This document shows, one piece after another, positions 13,135 through 27,884 of a stretch of 64,000 bases of DNA. The stretch's first letter is position 1. Each line of letters starts with the position of its first letter. Origin of the DNA: Octopus vulgaris (taxonomy: Eukaryota); NCBI GenBank assembly GCA_951406725.2, contig OX597831.1, positions 74,772,001 to 74,836,000 on the forward strand, given 5' to 3'. The position numbers were made by a program, and so were the translations under genes. The notes beneath the pieces are model-generated. The model had not been told where the DNA came from, did no database searches, and worked only from the letters and a program-made list of their open reading frames with translations.

Positions 13135-13136
<2 letters not shown>

Positions 13137-13260
13137 ATTTCTTTATTGGCCACACAGGGCTGAATACAGAGGGGACAAATACAAATGTAGACCTATTCTT
13201 TTCGAAGATGGAAAAAGAAAAAACGGAACAAAAAAAGAAACAAATGTAAAATTCCTATCA
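13135..13260 (-). mobile_element. 3' UTR end of an L1/Tx1-like LINE
   Basis: tttattggccacacagggct matches the terminus at 50918 (tttattggccacaagggct), which adjoins a coding remnant. Confidence 0.45.
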
Positions 13261-13493
13261 AAAGGAGTCGGAAAAAAAACAAAGGCAGGCTAGATAACAG
13301 ACAGAGTTAACGACTATTGAAAAAGTTGCAAAACGCAACGAAAGTTTTAGAAAAAAAAATGAGTGGAAACTGGACCAATGAGTGTGTTAAATAATAAGGC
13401 ACTAAAAGAGAATGACTCTCCCCAGACACAACAAAATATGCTTCAACACACGAATTCACATAAAGAATACAAATACAAAAACGATATATATAT

Positions 13494-13908
13494 GCGTAGG
13501 AGTGGCTGTGTGGTAAGTAGCTTGTTTACCAACCACATGGTTCCGGGTTCAGTCCCACTGCGTGGCATCTTGGGCAAGTGTCTTCTGCTATAGCCCCGGG
13601 CCGACCAATGCCTTGTGAGTGGATTTGGTAGACGGAAACTGAAAGAAGCCCGTCGTATATATGTATATATATATATATGCGTGTGTGTGTTTGTGTGTCT
13701 GTGTTTGTCCCCCTAGCATTGCTTGACAACCGATGCTGGTGTGTTTATGTCCCCGTTACTTAGCGGTTCGGCAAAAGAGACCGATAGAATAAGTACTGGG
13801 CTTACAAAAGAATAAGTACCGGGGTCGACTTGCTCGACTAAAGGCGGTGCTCCAGCATGGCCGCAGTCAAATGACTGAAACAAGTAAAAGAGTAAAAGAG
13901 AGTAAAGA
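13494..13908 (+). mobile_element. SINE family A, full length
   Basis: Near-identical to 9184-9585. Confidence 0.9.
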
Positions 13909-14798
13909 GTATGCATGCATGCATACATGCATGTATGTATGTCTGTATGTATGAGTGTGTATGTGTGTGTGCGTGTGTGTAAGGATACATGCGCATACAC
14001 TCACATCTATATCCACGTGTATATATATATATGCCCAATAGGCTAAACATTTAAACATTTCTTAGAAAAAAAAAGATGCACGGTTACGAGGCCTCTATGT
14101 ATGTATGTATGTATGTATGTATGTATGTATGTATGCATTAATATGTATGTGTGTTTGTGTGTATATGTGTGTCTATGTGTGCATGTGTGCACACGTGAGT
14201 GTGTATGTGTGTCTGTGCCCGTGTATAAGTATGTGTGTGTATGTATGTGTGCGTGTGCGTGTGTGCCTCTGTTAGTGTGAGTGTGCATGTGCGCGCGCGT
14301 GCGTGTGAATGTGTATGTGTGTGCATGTGAGTATGTGTGCTTGTGTGCACACGTAAGTGTGTATGTGAATGAGCATGTGTGTGTGCGTGTGTGTGGCTGT
14401 GTATGAGTATGTGTGTGCATGTGTGCGCGTGAATGTGCATGTGTGTGTATGTATGTATGTATGTATGTATGTATGTATGTATGAATGTATGTGTGTGTGT
14501 GTGTCTTTGTAATGACGGTATAATTAAATTTACGGGTAGAAGGCGAGAGGGGTGGGAGCGATAGGATTTCGTTAACAGGGGATTAAGGTGGATATCAGTT
14601 GGTAGTGCAGTCATAACTAATTCCTGTATATTAGGTATTAGAAGAGATAATTCCTGGAGGTGAGGTATTAAAAGAGATGCCGTTTTAATATCACAGGTGC
14701 CATTTTCTCAAGCTCTTTGCAAAACAACTCAAAACATCTTTAAAAAGAAATTTAATGCATACATAATGCAAACGCATACATTATACACATGCACACAC

Positions 14799-14838
<40 letters not shown>

Positions 14839-14893
14839 GTATATGTATATGTATATATATATATATATGTATATATGTATATATGTATATATG

Positions 14894-15345
<452 letters not shown>

Positions 15346-15709
15346 TACGTATATACACACATGCATACTAGACTAAATCTGAGTTTCCCAGCAACGGAGT
15401 TTTGCTTCTTGTGTTTTTTCTTCTTTTCCATGTTATTTCGCATGCTTTCAACGAATGTGACATCGAAATCAATTGTAAACTGTCCTTTTCCATAGAAACG
15501 GAAAGATTTGGTTGCTATTTCTTGCATGCCCTGCTAGCACGTAATTGGTATTTACTGTCCTTTATTGCAAATAGCTGTTACGTGGTAGCAAGGCGTGCTA
15601 GAATTGGCAGCCAAATCTTTGGAAGTGAAATACGTTAAATGCACTGGAAAGAAACCTATGGAGGAAAACTATTTCACACAGAAGTCACGGATGGATCTTT
15701 TACGAAATA

Positions 15710-16965
15710 TTAGGTTGGTAACTAAGTTCCCACCGTTTTTTTTAAATTTTAATTTTTAAAAGGTTTAATAAAAAAAATACCAACTAATTAATCAATAATG
15801 TATTCACCCTTGTTGTTTACAACTTCTTCCCAACATTCAACAAGATTGTCAATACCTCGTTGGTAGAAATTACCTGATTTCGACTCGAAAAATTGATCCA
15901 ACCAAGCTTTCAATTCTGTATCAGTATTGAACGAAACTCTGCGCATAGCATTTGAAAGAGATCAAAAGAGGTGGAAATCCGTTGGTGTCAAATCAGAAGA
16001 GTACGGCGGGTGTGGCAGCACTTCCTAGCCATGTGTTTGGATGGCTTCCTTGGTCATATTGGCGATATGAGGGCAAGAGTTGTCGTGCAGCAGCAGAACT
16101 CCATGTTGACGATTAGGTATTTTCTCTTGAATAGCCGTGTTGAATTGTTTGATTTCGTTCAAGCAATTCGTAAGGGATAATCCCTTCCCAGTCCCACCAT
16201 ACACACAACATCGTTTTACGCGGATGAAGATTTTGTTTCACGCGCGGTGTCGCTTGTTTACTGGGGCTAAGCCATTCCTTACGCTGCTTCATATTGATGT
16301 ACAGGCACCAATTTTCGTCGCCAGTAACGATTCGGTAAAGGAATCATTACTTGTGTCCATGAGTTGAGCGGTGACGAGCAAGCAAACCAGCGGAGATTGT
16401 GACTCGTTGATTTTTGTTGTTGTCACTTAAAGCATGTGGAACCCATGATCCGTACTTCTGAACCCTTCCCAACAAGTGAAGATGCTTCTCTATGGCAGTG
16501 TGGGAGCATTCCATTTTCTATGCCAGTTCCCTTGTCGTTTGACGAGAATTTTAGTACAAAATTTGGCTCAATCGCTCTTTATCGAACTCAACAGGACGGC
16601 CGGGAAGAGGTGCGTCTTTGAAATCAAAATTTCCATTTTGAATTTGGCATACCAATCATGAGCGGTTCTTTCAGCTATGGCACCCTCTCCATACACAGCA
16701 CAAATGTCGTGAGCAGTTTTTGGGGCCTTAGAACCTTGATTAAAAGGGAAAAGGAGGTGTCAAAAATGCTCGTTCTACTTAACTTAACGTTCCATTTTAA
16801 TCATCTGAAAATTAACAAAAGTTAACTAAAATTAACTGGAATAAAAACAAAATAGATTCCAAAATGATTCAAAAATAAAATTCTCGAAAAAAATAGATTC
16901 CAAAATTTAAAAACGCAATAAATTTCAAAATTTAAAAAACCGCGGGAACTTAGTTGCCAACCCAA
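15710..16965 (-). mobile_element. Mariner DNA transposon (second family), decayed
   Basis: TA-flanked TIRs ttaggttggtaactaagttccc / gggaacttagttgccaacccaa. Minus-strand remnants include IVTGDENW, LLHDN and HPPYSSDLTPTDFHLF. Confidence 0.88.
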
Positions 16966-17661
16966 TATTTACCATATTTACCATATTTACCATTATGCAC
17001 CGTTTTGGGTATTTATACCCCAAAACCCCAAACATCTCAATAACCACTGACCCGTTTTACGCGAAACTTGTTTTATTCCGTTTGAGTTCACATTTCTGCG
17101 GCACTTTATTTTCAAAATATTTTCCCATTATGCGCCAGTTTGGCTGTGTAACATTGCAAGCAAGCAAGCAAGATCGAACTTCATTTTTATTTATTATAGA
17201 TATATACACTCGCAAAAGAAGTTTTAAAAGTTCATTATTTGAATTGACAATCTATAATGATTTAAGTAATATCCGGATGTTATTTTAATGTAACATAAAC
17301 ACTAATAGTTTCGCTTCTCGCGGGCTCCTCAAGCGATGTCACTTAATCCACTTAATTTTCATTTATGAAAATCACGATGGCAATATATCATAAATTATAT
17401 TATCGTATTTCAATTATGTCTGAAGCTTTCCCATCGGCTGTTTTGTGTACATAATTTCACTTTATGTACATTTGCATCTGCGCAAGTCTTTTTTAATCTA
17501 CCGACATACACACCCGCGCATACGCACACACACATATGCATACACATACATACATATACATAAAGATACACATATACGCACACACACAGACACACACATG
17601 CACAATACAACACACACGTGCGTACGCGTGCACGCATATTTATTGTATGTGTGTGTGTGTA

Positions 17662-17701
<40 letters not shown>

Positions 17702-17920
17702 TGTTTGTGTGCGATCTTGTCTGAAATTTTTAAATGTGTGATTTCAATAGATAACAACTAAGGGCTGTTGTAGTTCTATTATATAAATATTTTTAAAAGT
17801 GCAAAATTATTACAAATAAAATAAACAATATACGATAATAATAATAATAATGATAAATTAAAATTAATGACTATATATATATATTTATATATATACACAT
17901 ATATATATATATATTATATT

Positions 17921-17952
<32 letters not shown>

Positions 17953-17964
17953 CATACATATATA

Positions 17965-18000
<36 letters not shown>

Positions 18001-18265
18001 TGTATGTATGTATGTATGTATGTATGTATAGAAAGCAGTAAACAATTACTGGTAAGGTAAATTGAATATTCAGAGACTAATTAAAATTATGTTTATACAG
18101 AAACACATACACACATATTTATACAAAGATACATGCATACGTACATGTATGTACATACTTTTTATACATATATATATGTGCTTGTACGTAAATATATATG
18201 TATATATGTGTACATATACGCATATATATATATGCATACATACATACATACATATATATATATTG

Positions 18266-18304
<39 letters not shown>

Positions 18305-18355
18305 TACATATATATGTATATATATGTATGTACGTATGTATGTAAATATATATAA

Positions 18356-18390
<35 letters not shown>

Positions 18391-19694
18391 GTATGTATGT
18401 ATGTATGCACATGTATATGGATAGATGTAATGGAGATGGAGTCGACGATAAACGTGTTAAAGTTAGATTTCTAAGTTATTTCAAAGACGTAAAATATGAA
18501 GAATTATTTAAGACGTTTGTCTTTGAGAAAAATAAACACAGAAACATAAAGTTTAATGAAAAACCACAAATACATACAAATACATACATACATATGTATA
18601 CTTATATAGATATGCACACATATATACATACATATACATACACACATATACACATACATATATAGAAATCTAGATATATTTATATATATACACATACATA
18701 TACACACATATATATATATATACACACACATGTACATATATATATATACACACATATATACATATATGTATACACACACACATACGTGTATGTGTGTGCG
18801 CGTGCGTGTGTATGCGTGTGTGTATACATATAGCAATATTGCAATAAGCATTCTATGCAATATTTACATACTCTTCTATGTCGAAATAATTAACAGATTT
18901 AACAAATACCTGGATAAAGGGGTGGGGGTATTGCTTTATTTTGTTCTCTATTTTGTATTTTCATTAGAAATGTTCGCGTTGGTTTTGTTTTTATTGTCTC
19001 TTCCGCTTTCTGTTTTTGGTGAAGGATTTTAAGAGAATAGTGTAAGAAGTCTGCGATAATAATTTCACTGTTTTTGTAAATTCAAAGTTTATTTTATTTC
19101 ATTCTTTTATTTATATATTTTAGTTTGTTCATTTAAGTAATTGGGGTCGACTATCAGAAGCTAAGAAAAGATGGCTAAGTTTTAGAAGATATCTACATGC
19201 AACATTTTTGTGCATAGTTAGAGAGCATGCTCAGTTGCTGCCACAATCTATAAACAGATATAAAACTAGCCCCAGCAGTCTTATCTTTATCTGCTCGCAA
19301 AAGGTAATGTTTCTACATCATTCCATACATATAAAGTTGGTTAGAAATGTATGAATATATTCTGTAGTAGAAATAACTCTGTTATCTAACTTACAATAAA
19401 CGCTGTTAACGCCTCAATAATACATTGATGAAATTATTTGCCAAAGATGCGTTATAAATGCAAATTACTCTATCCGATTTATTTAAGGCCTCAGTAATAA
19501 TAGATTTGTAAGCAGTGTGTATGCGGAGAGTTTAGAGGTTCCTCGAGTTGTTAATGATATCCCAGCACAGGACTGATACTAGTCCAGATGATCCCTCATT
19601 TTCTGCGAACACAGATATTATGTATAAAGACAAATCGTTTACAGCTGTCTCTCTCTCTCTCGCTATCTCTTTCTCTCTTTTTCTGTATATATAA

Positions 19695-19759
<65 letters not shown>

Positions 19760-19984
19760 TGCGTGTGTAGTAGACTTTTGGCTTGAAATCTGTATATGTA
19801 TTTTGTAGAACAGCATAAGATTAAAGCAAGTCACTGCTAATGCACCACTAATATGTATGTGTGTAGGTGGGTGAGTACGCGCGCGTGTGTGTGTGTGTAT
19901 GCATGCATGCCTTATTTGATAAATGTATTTATACATATAATGTGTATGTATAATAAGTAAACAAAAAAATTATCAGAGGTCTAT

Positions 19985-20222
19985 TCGGGGTCATAAGGCT
20001 GGTTTCCCGGATTTTGTGGGGCTATATATTATTTTTTCCCGGATTTTGTGGGGCGCTGATCCATCGCAGAATTACTCATTTTTGCCAGCTAAGTGCTCTC
20101 GAGCAAAGTGAAAAGAAGTGTTTTGCTCAAGAACAAAATACATCGCCCGGTCCAGGAATTGAAACCACAATCTTACAACCACGAATGCAACAGCCTAAAC
20201 ACGAAATTACGCGCCTCCCTCC
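19985..20222 (-). mobile_element. Diverged tRNA-derived SINE (family C-related)
   Basis: Minus-strand head ggaggcgcgt...ggtttcaattcctggacc and tail ccgggaaaccagccttatga. Confidence 0.55.
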
Positions 20223-20229
20223 GCGATAA

Positions 20230-20428
20230 CACTTTCTACTATAGACACACGACTTAGCTTCTGTGGGGAGGTGGACAGTCGATCAATTGGTACTTAATTT
20301 ATCGACCTCGAAAGACCGAAAGGCAAGGTTGACTTCGGTGGAATTTGAACTCAGAACGTAGCGACTGGCGAAATACAGCTAAGCCATTGCGCCCTGCGAG
20401 CTAACGATTCCGCCAGCTCGCCGCCCTC
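20230..20428 (-). mobile_element. SINE family B
   Basis: gaatttgaactcagaacgtagcg...ctaacgattccgccagctcgccgcc. Confidence 0.8.
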
Positions 20429-20481
20429 CTCCCTCCCCAGTTACAACTATATTATATATGCATGTGTACAACTATGTATGA

Positions 20482-20532
<51 letters not shown>

Positions 20533-20810
20533 CACATACATATATATACATATTTTGATTTTTGATTTTTCCAGTTTCAGCTCATGAGCTGTGGCCATGC
20601 TGGGGCACCGCCATTGGGGCACCGCCATTGGGGCACCGCCATTTATATATATATAAATATGTATATATTTACATCGCCGTCGCCCTTTTCAAGCCTAGCC
20701 AGGCTCATGGGCCCGGTTTCCCGGTTTCTGTGACGTATGTGTTTCCCCCCCCCCAGTCTATCGCAGATATATTTACATATATATATATATTTACATATAT
20801 ATATATATTT

Positions 20811-20901
<91 letters not shown>

Positions 20902-20904
<3 letters not shown>

Positions 20905-21112
20905 CAATATGTGACCTCGTGAATACGACTGGCGATGTTTTTCCTCTGTCCTCCCTTCTCTGGATCTTTCCTTCTCCTATGTTTCCGACGAAGAGCTCCG
21001 CTCGAAACGTTAAACCCTCCTTCTTCCCTTCTTTCCTGAGCCTCCAATAATACTTTATTTGTTCCACGTCCTCACGTTGTTGTGTTTTTTTTGTGTTTTC
21101 TTGTTTGGATTA

Positions 21113-21117
<5 letters not shown>
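20902..21117 (+). mobile_element. ~215-bp hammerhead element (family H1) in (TA)n; hammerhead at 20981-21015
   Basis: GTTT-CCGACGA-a-GAGC tcc GCTC-GAAA-CG-TT/AAAC. Ends ttggattaactt+(TA)n. Other copies at 27232, 30143, 32142 and 57621. Confidence 0.78.
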
Positions 21118-21164
<47 letters not shown>

Positions 21165-21179
21165 TACATACATATATAA

Positions 21180-21242
<63 letters not shown>

Positions 21243-21246
<4 letters not shown>

Positions 21247-21320
21247 TTGAGTTGTGGGGTATCGCACGAGTGGAATTATATATGAAAGAAGGTTTGAAAA
21301 TGCAATTTAAAAGATGTTTA
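21243..21320 (-). mobile_element. Terminal fragment of the 22420/56443 element family
   Basis: aagttgagttgtggggtatcgcacgagtgg...ggtttgaaaatgcaattt is the reverse complement of ~56990-57065. Confidence 0.75.
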
Positions 21321-22419
21321 TATATATATATGTATATATTTATGTGTGTGTGTGTATGTGTGTGTATATATATATTTGCATGTATATGTGTGTATAAACA
21401 TGTGCATTATTTGCATGCGCATTGTGTATATGTATATTGTATGTATGTGTATTGTATATGTATGTGTACAATTAAGTGTATATATGTGTGTGTATGTGTG
21501 CATTGTATATATGTATATTGTAGGTGTGCTATATATGCATGAATACATGTATATACATTGCGTGTATATATATGTATGCATTGTGTATGTATGTTATGTG
21601 TGTGTGTGTATATATATATTATATGTATGCGTACGTGTATGTGTATGCATTGTATGTATGTATATTGTGTGTATATGTGGTATATCTATGTATGTGTATG
21701 TAAACACTATTTATATGTATATATGTATATATGTATATGCATTGTCTATATATATATTATATGTATGTATTGCATATGTATATTGCATGCATATATTGTG
21801 TATGTGTATTATATACATGCTGTGTATGTGTATTGTATGTATATATATGCTAGGTGTATTTGTGTGATATTTATATTATGTATGTATGTGTGCGTGTGTT
21901 GTGTGTGTGTGTGTGTGTGTGTATGTGTGTTATATATGTGTGTATATTATATATAAATACATGTTATATTTGTGTGCTGTGTGTGTATATTATATATGTG
22001 GGTGCGTTGTGTATGTGTGTGTTCTGTGTGTGTGTGTGTTGTGTGTATGTGGTGTGTGTTTGTATACTATGTGTGTGTGTGTGTATGTTGTGTGTGTGTA
22101 TATATATATGTGTGTGACAAACAGACACCGTCTGACCAGCAGGCACACGGACACATCTATTCACACCCGCATACTCACCTCCCGATAACCCCAAAATCAT
22201 TGATGCTTGAAGGGGAACCAAAAACCAAACTGGGTACACATCTTTTTTTCTCTCAATTCAACTTTTCTTCTAAAACAAACAGGTCAGTAAAAACAAATTC
22301 TCGCCTTCATTTCAAAATATTCTGAGATGTCTAAAATATCCATTTTAATTTTCTCTGTCAATATTACAAGCTTTCTCACCAAACTATTACACTTCCTTAT
22401 GTCTTTAACATGTTCTTTC

Positions 22420-22783
22420 TACCAAAGACTGTATATATATACATGTAATGTGACAATTTGCGACAACTAATAATTAACGCAACCAAATTTCCAATAATAT
22501 ATTTGTTTTATTCTTTTCTGCCAATTTTTCCAAATATTCTCATCACACTATTGAACTTTTTTATGCCCTTAACATATCTCTGTTACCAAACACTATATTT
22601 ATACCATGTAATGTGACAATTATGTATAAAAAAACATTTTTGAATTCATAATATTCAATGTGACAATTATGTAAAAAACTTTTTTGAACCCATAATATTC
22701 AATGTTACTTTTGACAATCTTTTACCAAAGAGTGAAACCGGTTAAGTAAATAAACATCTTTTAAATTGCATTTTCAAACCTTC

Positions 22784-22790
<7 letters not shown>
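22420..22790 (+). mobile_element. Element with ~45-bp internal subrepeats and a variant (U3-A8) hammerhead-like motif at 22705-22749
   Basis: Homologous to 56623-57030. Reads TTACTT-TTGACAA-TCTTT tacc AAAGA-gt-GAAA-CCGG-TT/AAGTAA. Confidence 0.65.
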
Positions 22791-22822
<32 letters not shown>

Positions 22823-22858
22823 TATTTATTTATATATACGTTTACATATATTCATACA

Positions 22859-22897
<39 letters not shown>

Positions 22898-22977
22898 GAT
22901 ACCGGCCGTCATCTTAGGGTATTAACTGGTGAAATAAATGCATTCAACTCATACCTCCTGACTTTCTTTATATTCTT

Positions 22978-23018
<41 letters not shown>

Positions 23019-23559
23019 GTATATGCATACGTAAAGAGCGGTACTATATATATAATATGTGTGTGTGTGTGAGTGTGTGCACGCGCATGTGCCTATATAT
23101 ATATAGATATAGATATAGATATATACATATGCATACATACATAGCATACACACCGTCATCATTTTAATGCCCATTAATACAACATCGCGTACCTGCATGT
23201 AAGCCGCAACGTTTCCCCTTTTAGTGGTCCCTCCATGCAAACACCCCTAAGCTGACTCCTTTAACATCCAATCCCTTTAACAACCCCAATTCGCCTCCAG
23301 GTGTATTACACAGGTAAACCTGTCTCTTTATAAATTCATTACCATTCTTGTAGACATTAAAAAGAGAAAAATTGAAAACACAAAACAAAAAAGACTAAAA
23401 GAAAAATTTTTTAAAAACGCAAACATGAAAATCTCATCATCGTCTCTAATTACATAATGTTTAGACATCGTTATCTGTCTACGTATTAATTAGGTTTAAA
23501 ATTAATCCTCTAATTAATATGTGGCCGTATTTCTACATTAATTACAACAGGGGTGTATA

Positions 23560-23925
23560 AACGGAGTATTTTATTTCAGCAGTATACATGAGGGGTGAAT
23601 ATTAAGGGTATGTTAAGAGCAAAAGTGTAGATTCAGTTTTGCTATAGCAAGGGTGTATATTCAAGTTATATACGCAGGAATATACGCAAGATTTATTACG
23701 TGAGGGATCTATATTCAGAGTACGCTCAGGCCAGCGTGTATATACAAAATTTCTACATCAGGGTGTATACTCGATGTATGTATATACCATGGTGTGTATT
23801 CAAAATTTACAACATCAGGGGTATATATATTTAAATATTACCACGCCAGAGGTGTATAATCAAAATTTACTACATCAGGGGTGTATATCTGAGATATACA
23901 AAGATTAGGGTATATACAAATTTAG
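23560..23925. repeat. Degenerate ~30/60-bp minisatellite
   Basis: Recurring aaaattt(a)c(t/a)acatcagggg(t)gtata. Confidence 0.6.
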
Positions 23926-24069
23926 GCTGCGAGCTGGCAGAACTGTTAGCACTTGTATTTTGTATTTTCAAATTTGTTACTGCCGTGTGAGCACTTCCTA
24001 GGCTGAAAAACTTCACTGCGGAGAGACTTTTTGAACACCCTGCATAAAAATGTCTTGCGATATTTATTC

Positions 24070-24690
24070 CAGCTGGCAGAATCGTTAGCGCGCCGGGGAA
24101 AATGCTCAGCGGCATTTCGTCCGTCTTTAGGTTCTGAGTTCAAATTCCGCCGAGGTCGACTTTGCCTTTCATCCTTTCGGAGGTCTGTAAAATATGTACA
24201 AGTTCAGCAACTGGGGACGATGTAATCGACTTAACCCCATTCCCAAAATTGCTAGCCTTGTGCCAAAGTTTGAAACCAATGTTTGTTCCGGCTCTCTATG
24301 TTCCGAGTTCAAATCCCGCTAGGGTCAAATTAGCCATTCAACCATTCACAGTCGATAACATAAAGACCCAGACGAAAACTGGGGTCCATTGTATCAACTT
24401 AACCACACCAGCCCCTCGAAATTGCTGGCCTTGTGCTTAAATTGGAAACGCTGAATCGTTATTATAAAAGGTGACGAATAGGCAGAACCGTTAGTGCGCC
24501 GGACAAAATGCTTGGAAGCATTTCTTCCGGCTCGTTACATTCTGAGTTCAAATTCTGCCAAAGTCGACTTTGCCTTTCAACATTAAGGAGTCGATAAAAT
24601 AAGTACCAGTTGAGAACTGGGTCGATGTAATCGACGAGACCCTCTCCCAACAAAATTTCGGGCTTCATGCCTATAACAGAAATAATCATT
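24070..24690 (+). mobile_element. Cluster of diverged SINE family B copies
   Basis: Three gagttcaaat B-box/body segments at ~24135, ~24305 and ~24545. Confidence 0.75.
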
Positions 24691-25037
24691 ATTTTTACCA
24701 TCACCACAGCATCATCATCATCATCATTATCATTTTCGTCATCATCATCATCATCATCATGATCGTCATCATTAACATCCTTAATTATATGTGAAGCCCC
24801 ACGGTGACAAAAGGTATCTGGTATCGAACCATAGAGGATCGATCTTAGGACACCAAAGTAACACCCCCCACTCTGTCCCCCCCCCGCACCACCCACAGCC
24901 ACCTACAATAGCCTATCGAAGAACGAACATATTCTTTGGTCCGTGTTTGGAAAATTTTGCCGAAAAGTTAAAATTCTTTGCACACTTTCTCTCCCATTCC
25001 ACTCTCCCCTTCATATACATGCAAACATTATTCACAC

Positions 25038-25138
<101 letters not shown>

Positions 25139-25156
25139 TATATATATATAAATATA

Positions 25157-25203
<47 letters not shown>

Positions 25204-25212
25204 GTATATGTG

Positions 25213-25250
<38 letters not shown>

Positions 25251-25382
25251 CACACACACGCAAACACACATATATATATAGAGAGAGTTATGTATATATG
25301 TATGTTGATTCATGTTTGTATATATATATGTGTGTGTGTGTGTATGTGTAGGTGTGTATGTGTATGCATGTATGTATGTATG

Positions 25383-25416
<34 letters not shown>

Positions 25417-25887
25417 TGTATGTGTGTATGTGTGTATGTATGTGTGTATGCGTGTGTATGTATGTATGTATATCCCACCTTCCTCTTCATTTATATATTA
25501 ACTCTAACCCAACACCACAAAAGAATGTGGTACTTAGCTGTTTTGTGAAGTGTGGAGGGCGGCATCAGGTTTCCTTCTAACACATTCTACACACACACGC
25601 ACACACACACATACACACACACACTCACACACGGACACGCAAACACGCAAACACTCATGCACACACACGCGCACACACTACTTCTATTTTTTTCTTTTAT
25701 TAGTGTTGCAAAATAGTAGCCATATATATATATCTATATTTAATAACAGTTTGACTCAGCTCTACATGGCTTAAAGTTTCGTGGGCGTGTAGTACACGTC
25801 CACCAAGTCTGAGCTGTATATGTATATAAATATATACATACACATATATACATATATATGTATATATGTATATATATGTATATATAC

Positions 25888-26429
<542 letters not shown>

Positions 26430-26444
26430 AATTATATGTATGTA

Positions 26445-26640
26445 TTCTTTTATTCTTTTACTTGTTTCCGTCATCTGACTGCGGCCATGCTGGAGCACCA
26501 CCTTTAGTCGAGCAAATACACCCCATCACTTTTTCTTTGTAATCCTAGTACTTATTCTATCGGGGTTTTTTTGCCGAACCGCTATGTTACGGGGACGTAA
26601 ATACACCAACATCAGTTGACAAGCAATGGTGGGGGGGGGG
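26445..26640 (-). mobile_element. SINE family A, 3' half
   Basis: gcggccatgctggagcacc...ttgccgaaccgcta. Confidence 0.82.
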
Positions 26641-26654
26641 GGACAGAGAGGGTT

Positions 26655-26920
26655 GAGGACGTCACGAACAGTAAACAACAAGAAATACGAAAACAAATGA
26701 GTTTGATACGCAAATAACGAGAGAGAAATGACCCTTCATCAGTTGTCGACTGTCTACTCCCGATTTCGAGCAGTCGTTGATTGCTCGAAACGGGGAGTAG
26801 ACAGCCGATAACTAATAAAGGGTCATTCTTTATATTATTTGTCCTGTTTCTCTCTCGTTATTTGCGTATCTAACTCATTTGTTTTCGTATTTCATGCTGC
26901 TTACTGCTGGTGACGTTCTA
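26655..26920. repeat. ~265-bp imperfect palindrome abutting (TA)n
   Basis: gacgtcac..gaaatacgaaaacaaatgagtt..tgacccttcatcagttgtcg..tttcgagca | tgctcgaaa..aagggtca..aactcatttgttttcgtatttc..gtgacgttc. Confidence 0.8.
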
Positions 26921-27085
26921 TATATATATATATATATATACAAAGAAGTAAATATATGGCACAATGAAGTACCGATATTTACTGGAAATAGCGAACGTAA
27001 TAATACGACGCTAATGTATAGCAAAAATGTATATTTTTCCCTCACGGGCTATTCTTTACTGGAAAGCAATACTCTAGTATTATTA

Positions 27086-27148
<63 letters not shown>

Positions 27149-27162
27149 TGTATGTATGTATG

Positions 27163-27231
<69 letters not shown>

Positions 27232-27236
<5 letters not shown>

Positions 27237-27450
27237 ATCCAAACAAGAAAACACAGAAAAAAGAGAAAAAAAAGGGAAAAAACACAGCAACGCAGGACGT
27301 GGAACAATTAAATATTGACGCTCAGGAAAGAAGGGAAGGAGGGTTTAACGTTTCGAGCGGAGCTCTTCGTCGGAAACAAGGAGAAGGAAAGATCCCAAGG
27401 AGGAAGACAGAGGAGAAAATATTTGAGCTGGTGGTGCTTAAGAGATCACA
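27232..27450 (-). mobile_element. Hammerhead element family H1; hammerhead at 27343-27377 (U4C)
   Basis: gtttaacgtttcgagcggagctcttcgtcggaaac. (TA)n on both sides. Confidence 0.78.
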
Positions 27451-27464
27451 TATATATATATATG

Positions 27465-27519
<55 letters not shown>

Positions 27520-27520
<1 letters not shown>

Positions 27521-27712
27521 GACAATTATTCGGTAGCCATGATAAAACTCCAAGTTTCGGATGCCGAGGTGGAAATCCATTCCGCCATCTCTTCAGTTAT
27601 CCGGCCATCAGAAAAATTCTATGAAAAAGGACCGTTTTACTGATAAATTCCTCTATTTACATAATATCGAGATCACTTTCTTTCTTTTGTTGTCTTACCT
27701 ATTTTTTCAACA
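27520..27712 (-). mobile_element. Hammerhead element of the 10403 family; intact-core hammerhead at 27541-27601
   Basis: Minus strand reads GATAA-CTGAAGA-GATG...CATC-C-GAAA-CTT g GAG-TT/TTATC. Confidence 0.7.
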
Positions 27713-27884
27713 TATATATATGCATACATGGATACAGGAACGCATTCAATATTTTCATGAAATGTTTAACAGAGAAAACATCCGAAAGGACCAAAAATAT
27801 CAAATATATTTCGCGCGTATGCACATACACAAACACAGATACGTTTCTAAGATTAAGAAATTCATCGTGCCATTGCACCTCACT

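Noticed and set aside
17300-17340. Minus-strand GAAACTATTAGT hammerhead-like remnant
   Set aside because: The core reads TTGAGGA, the cleavage position is G, and there is no stem I. Too degenerate to call.
23560-23925. CRISPR-like periodicity
   Set aside because: The repeats are degenerate, the spacers are related to the repeats, there are no cas genes, and the context is eukaryotic.
25765-25815. Hairpin followed by GAAAC on the minus strand
   Set aside because: No CUGANGA box at the required position.
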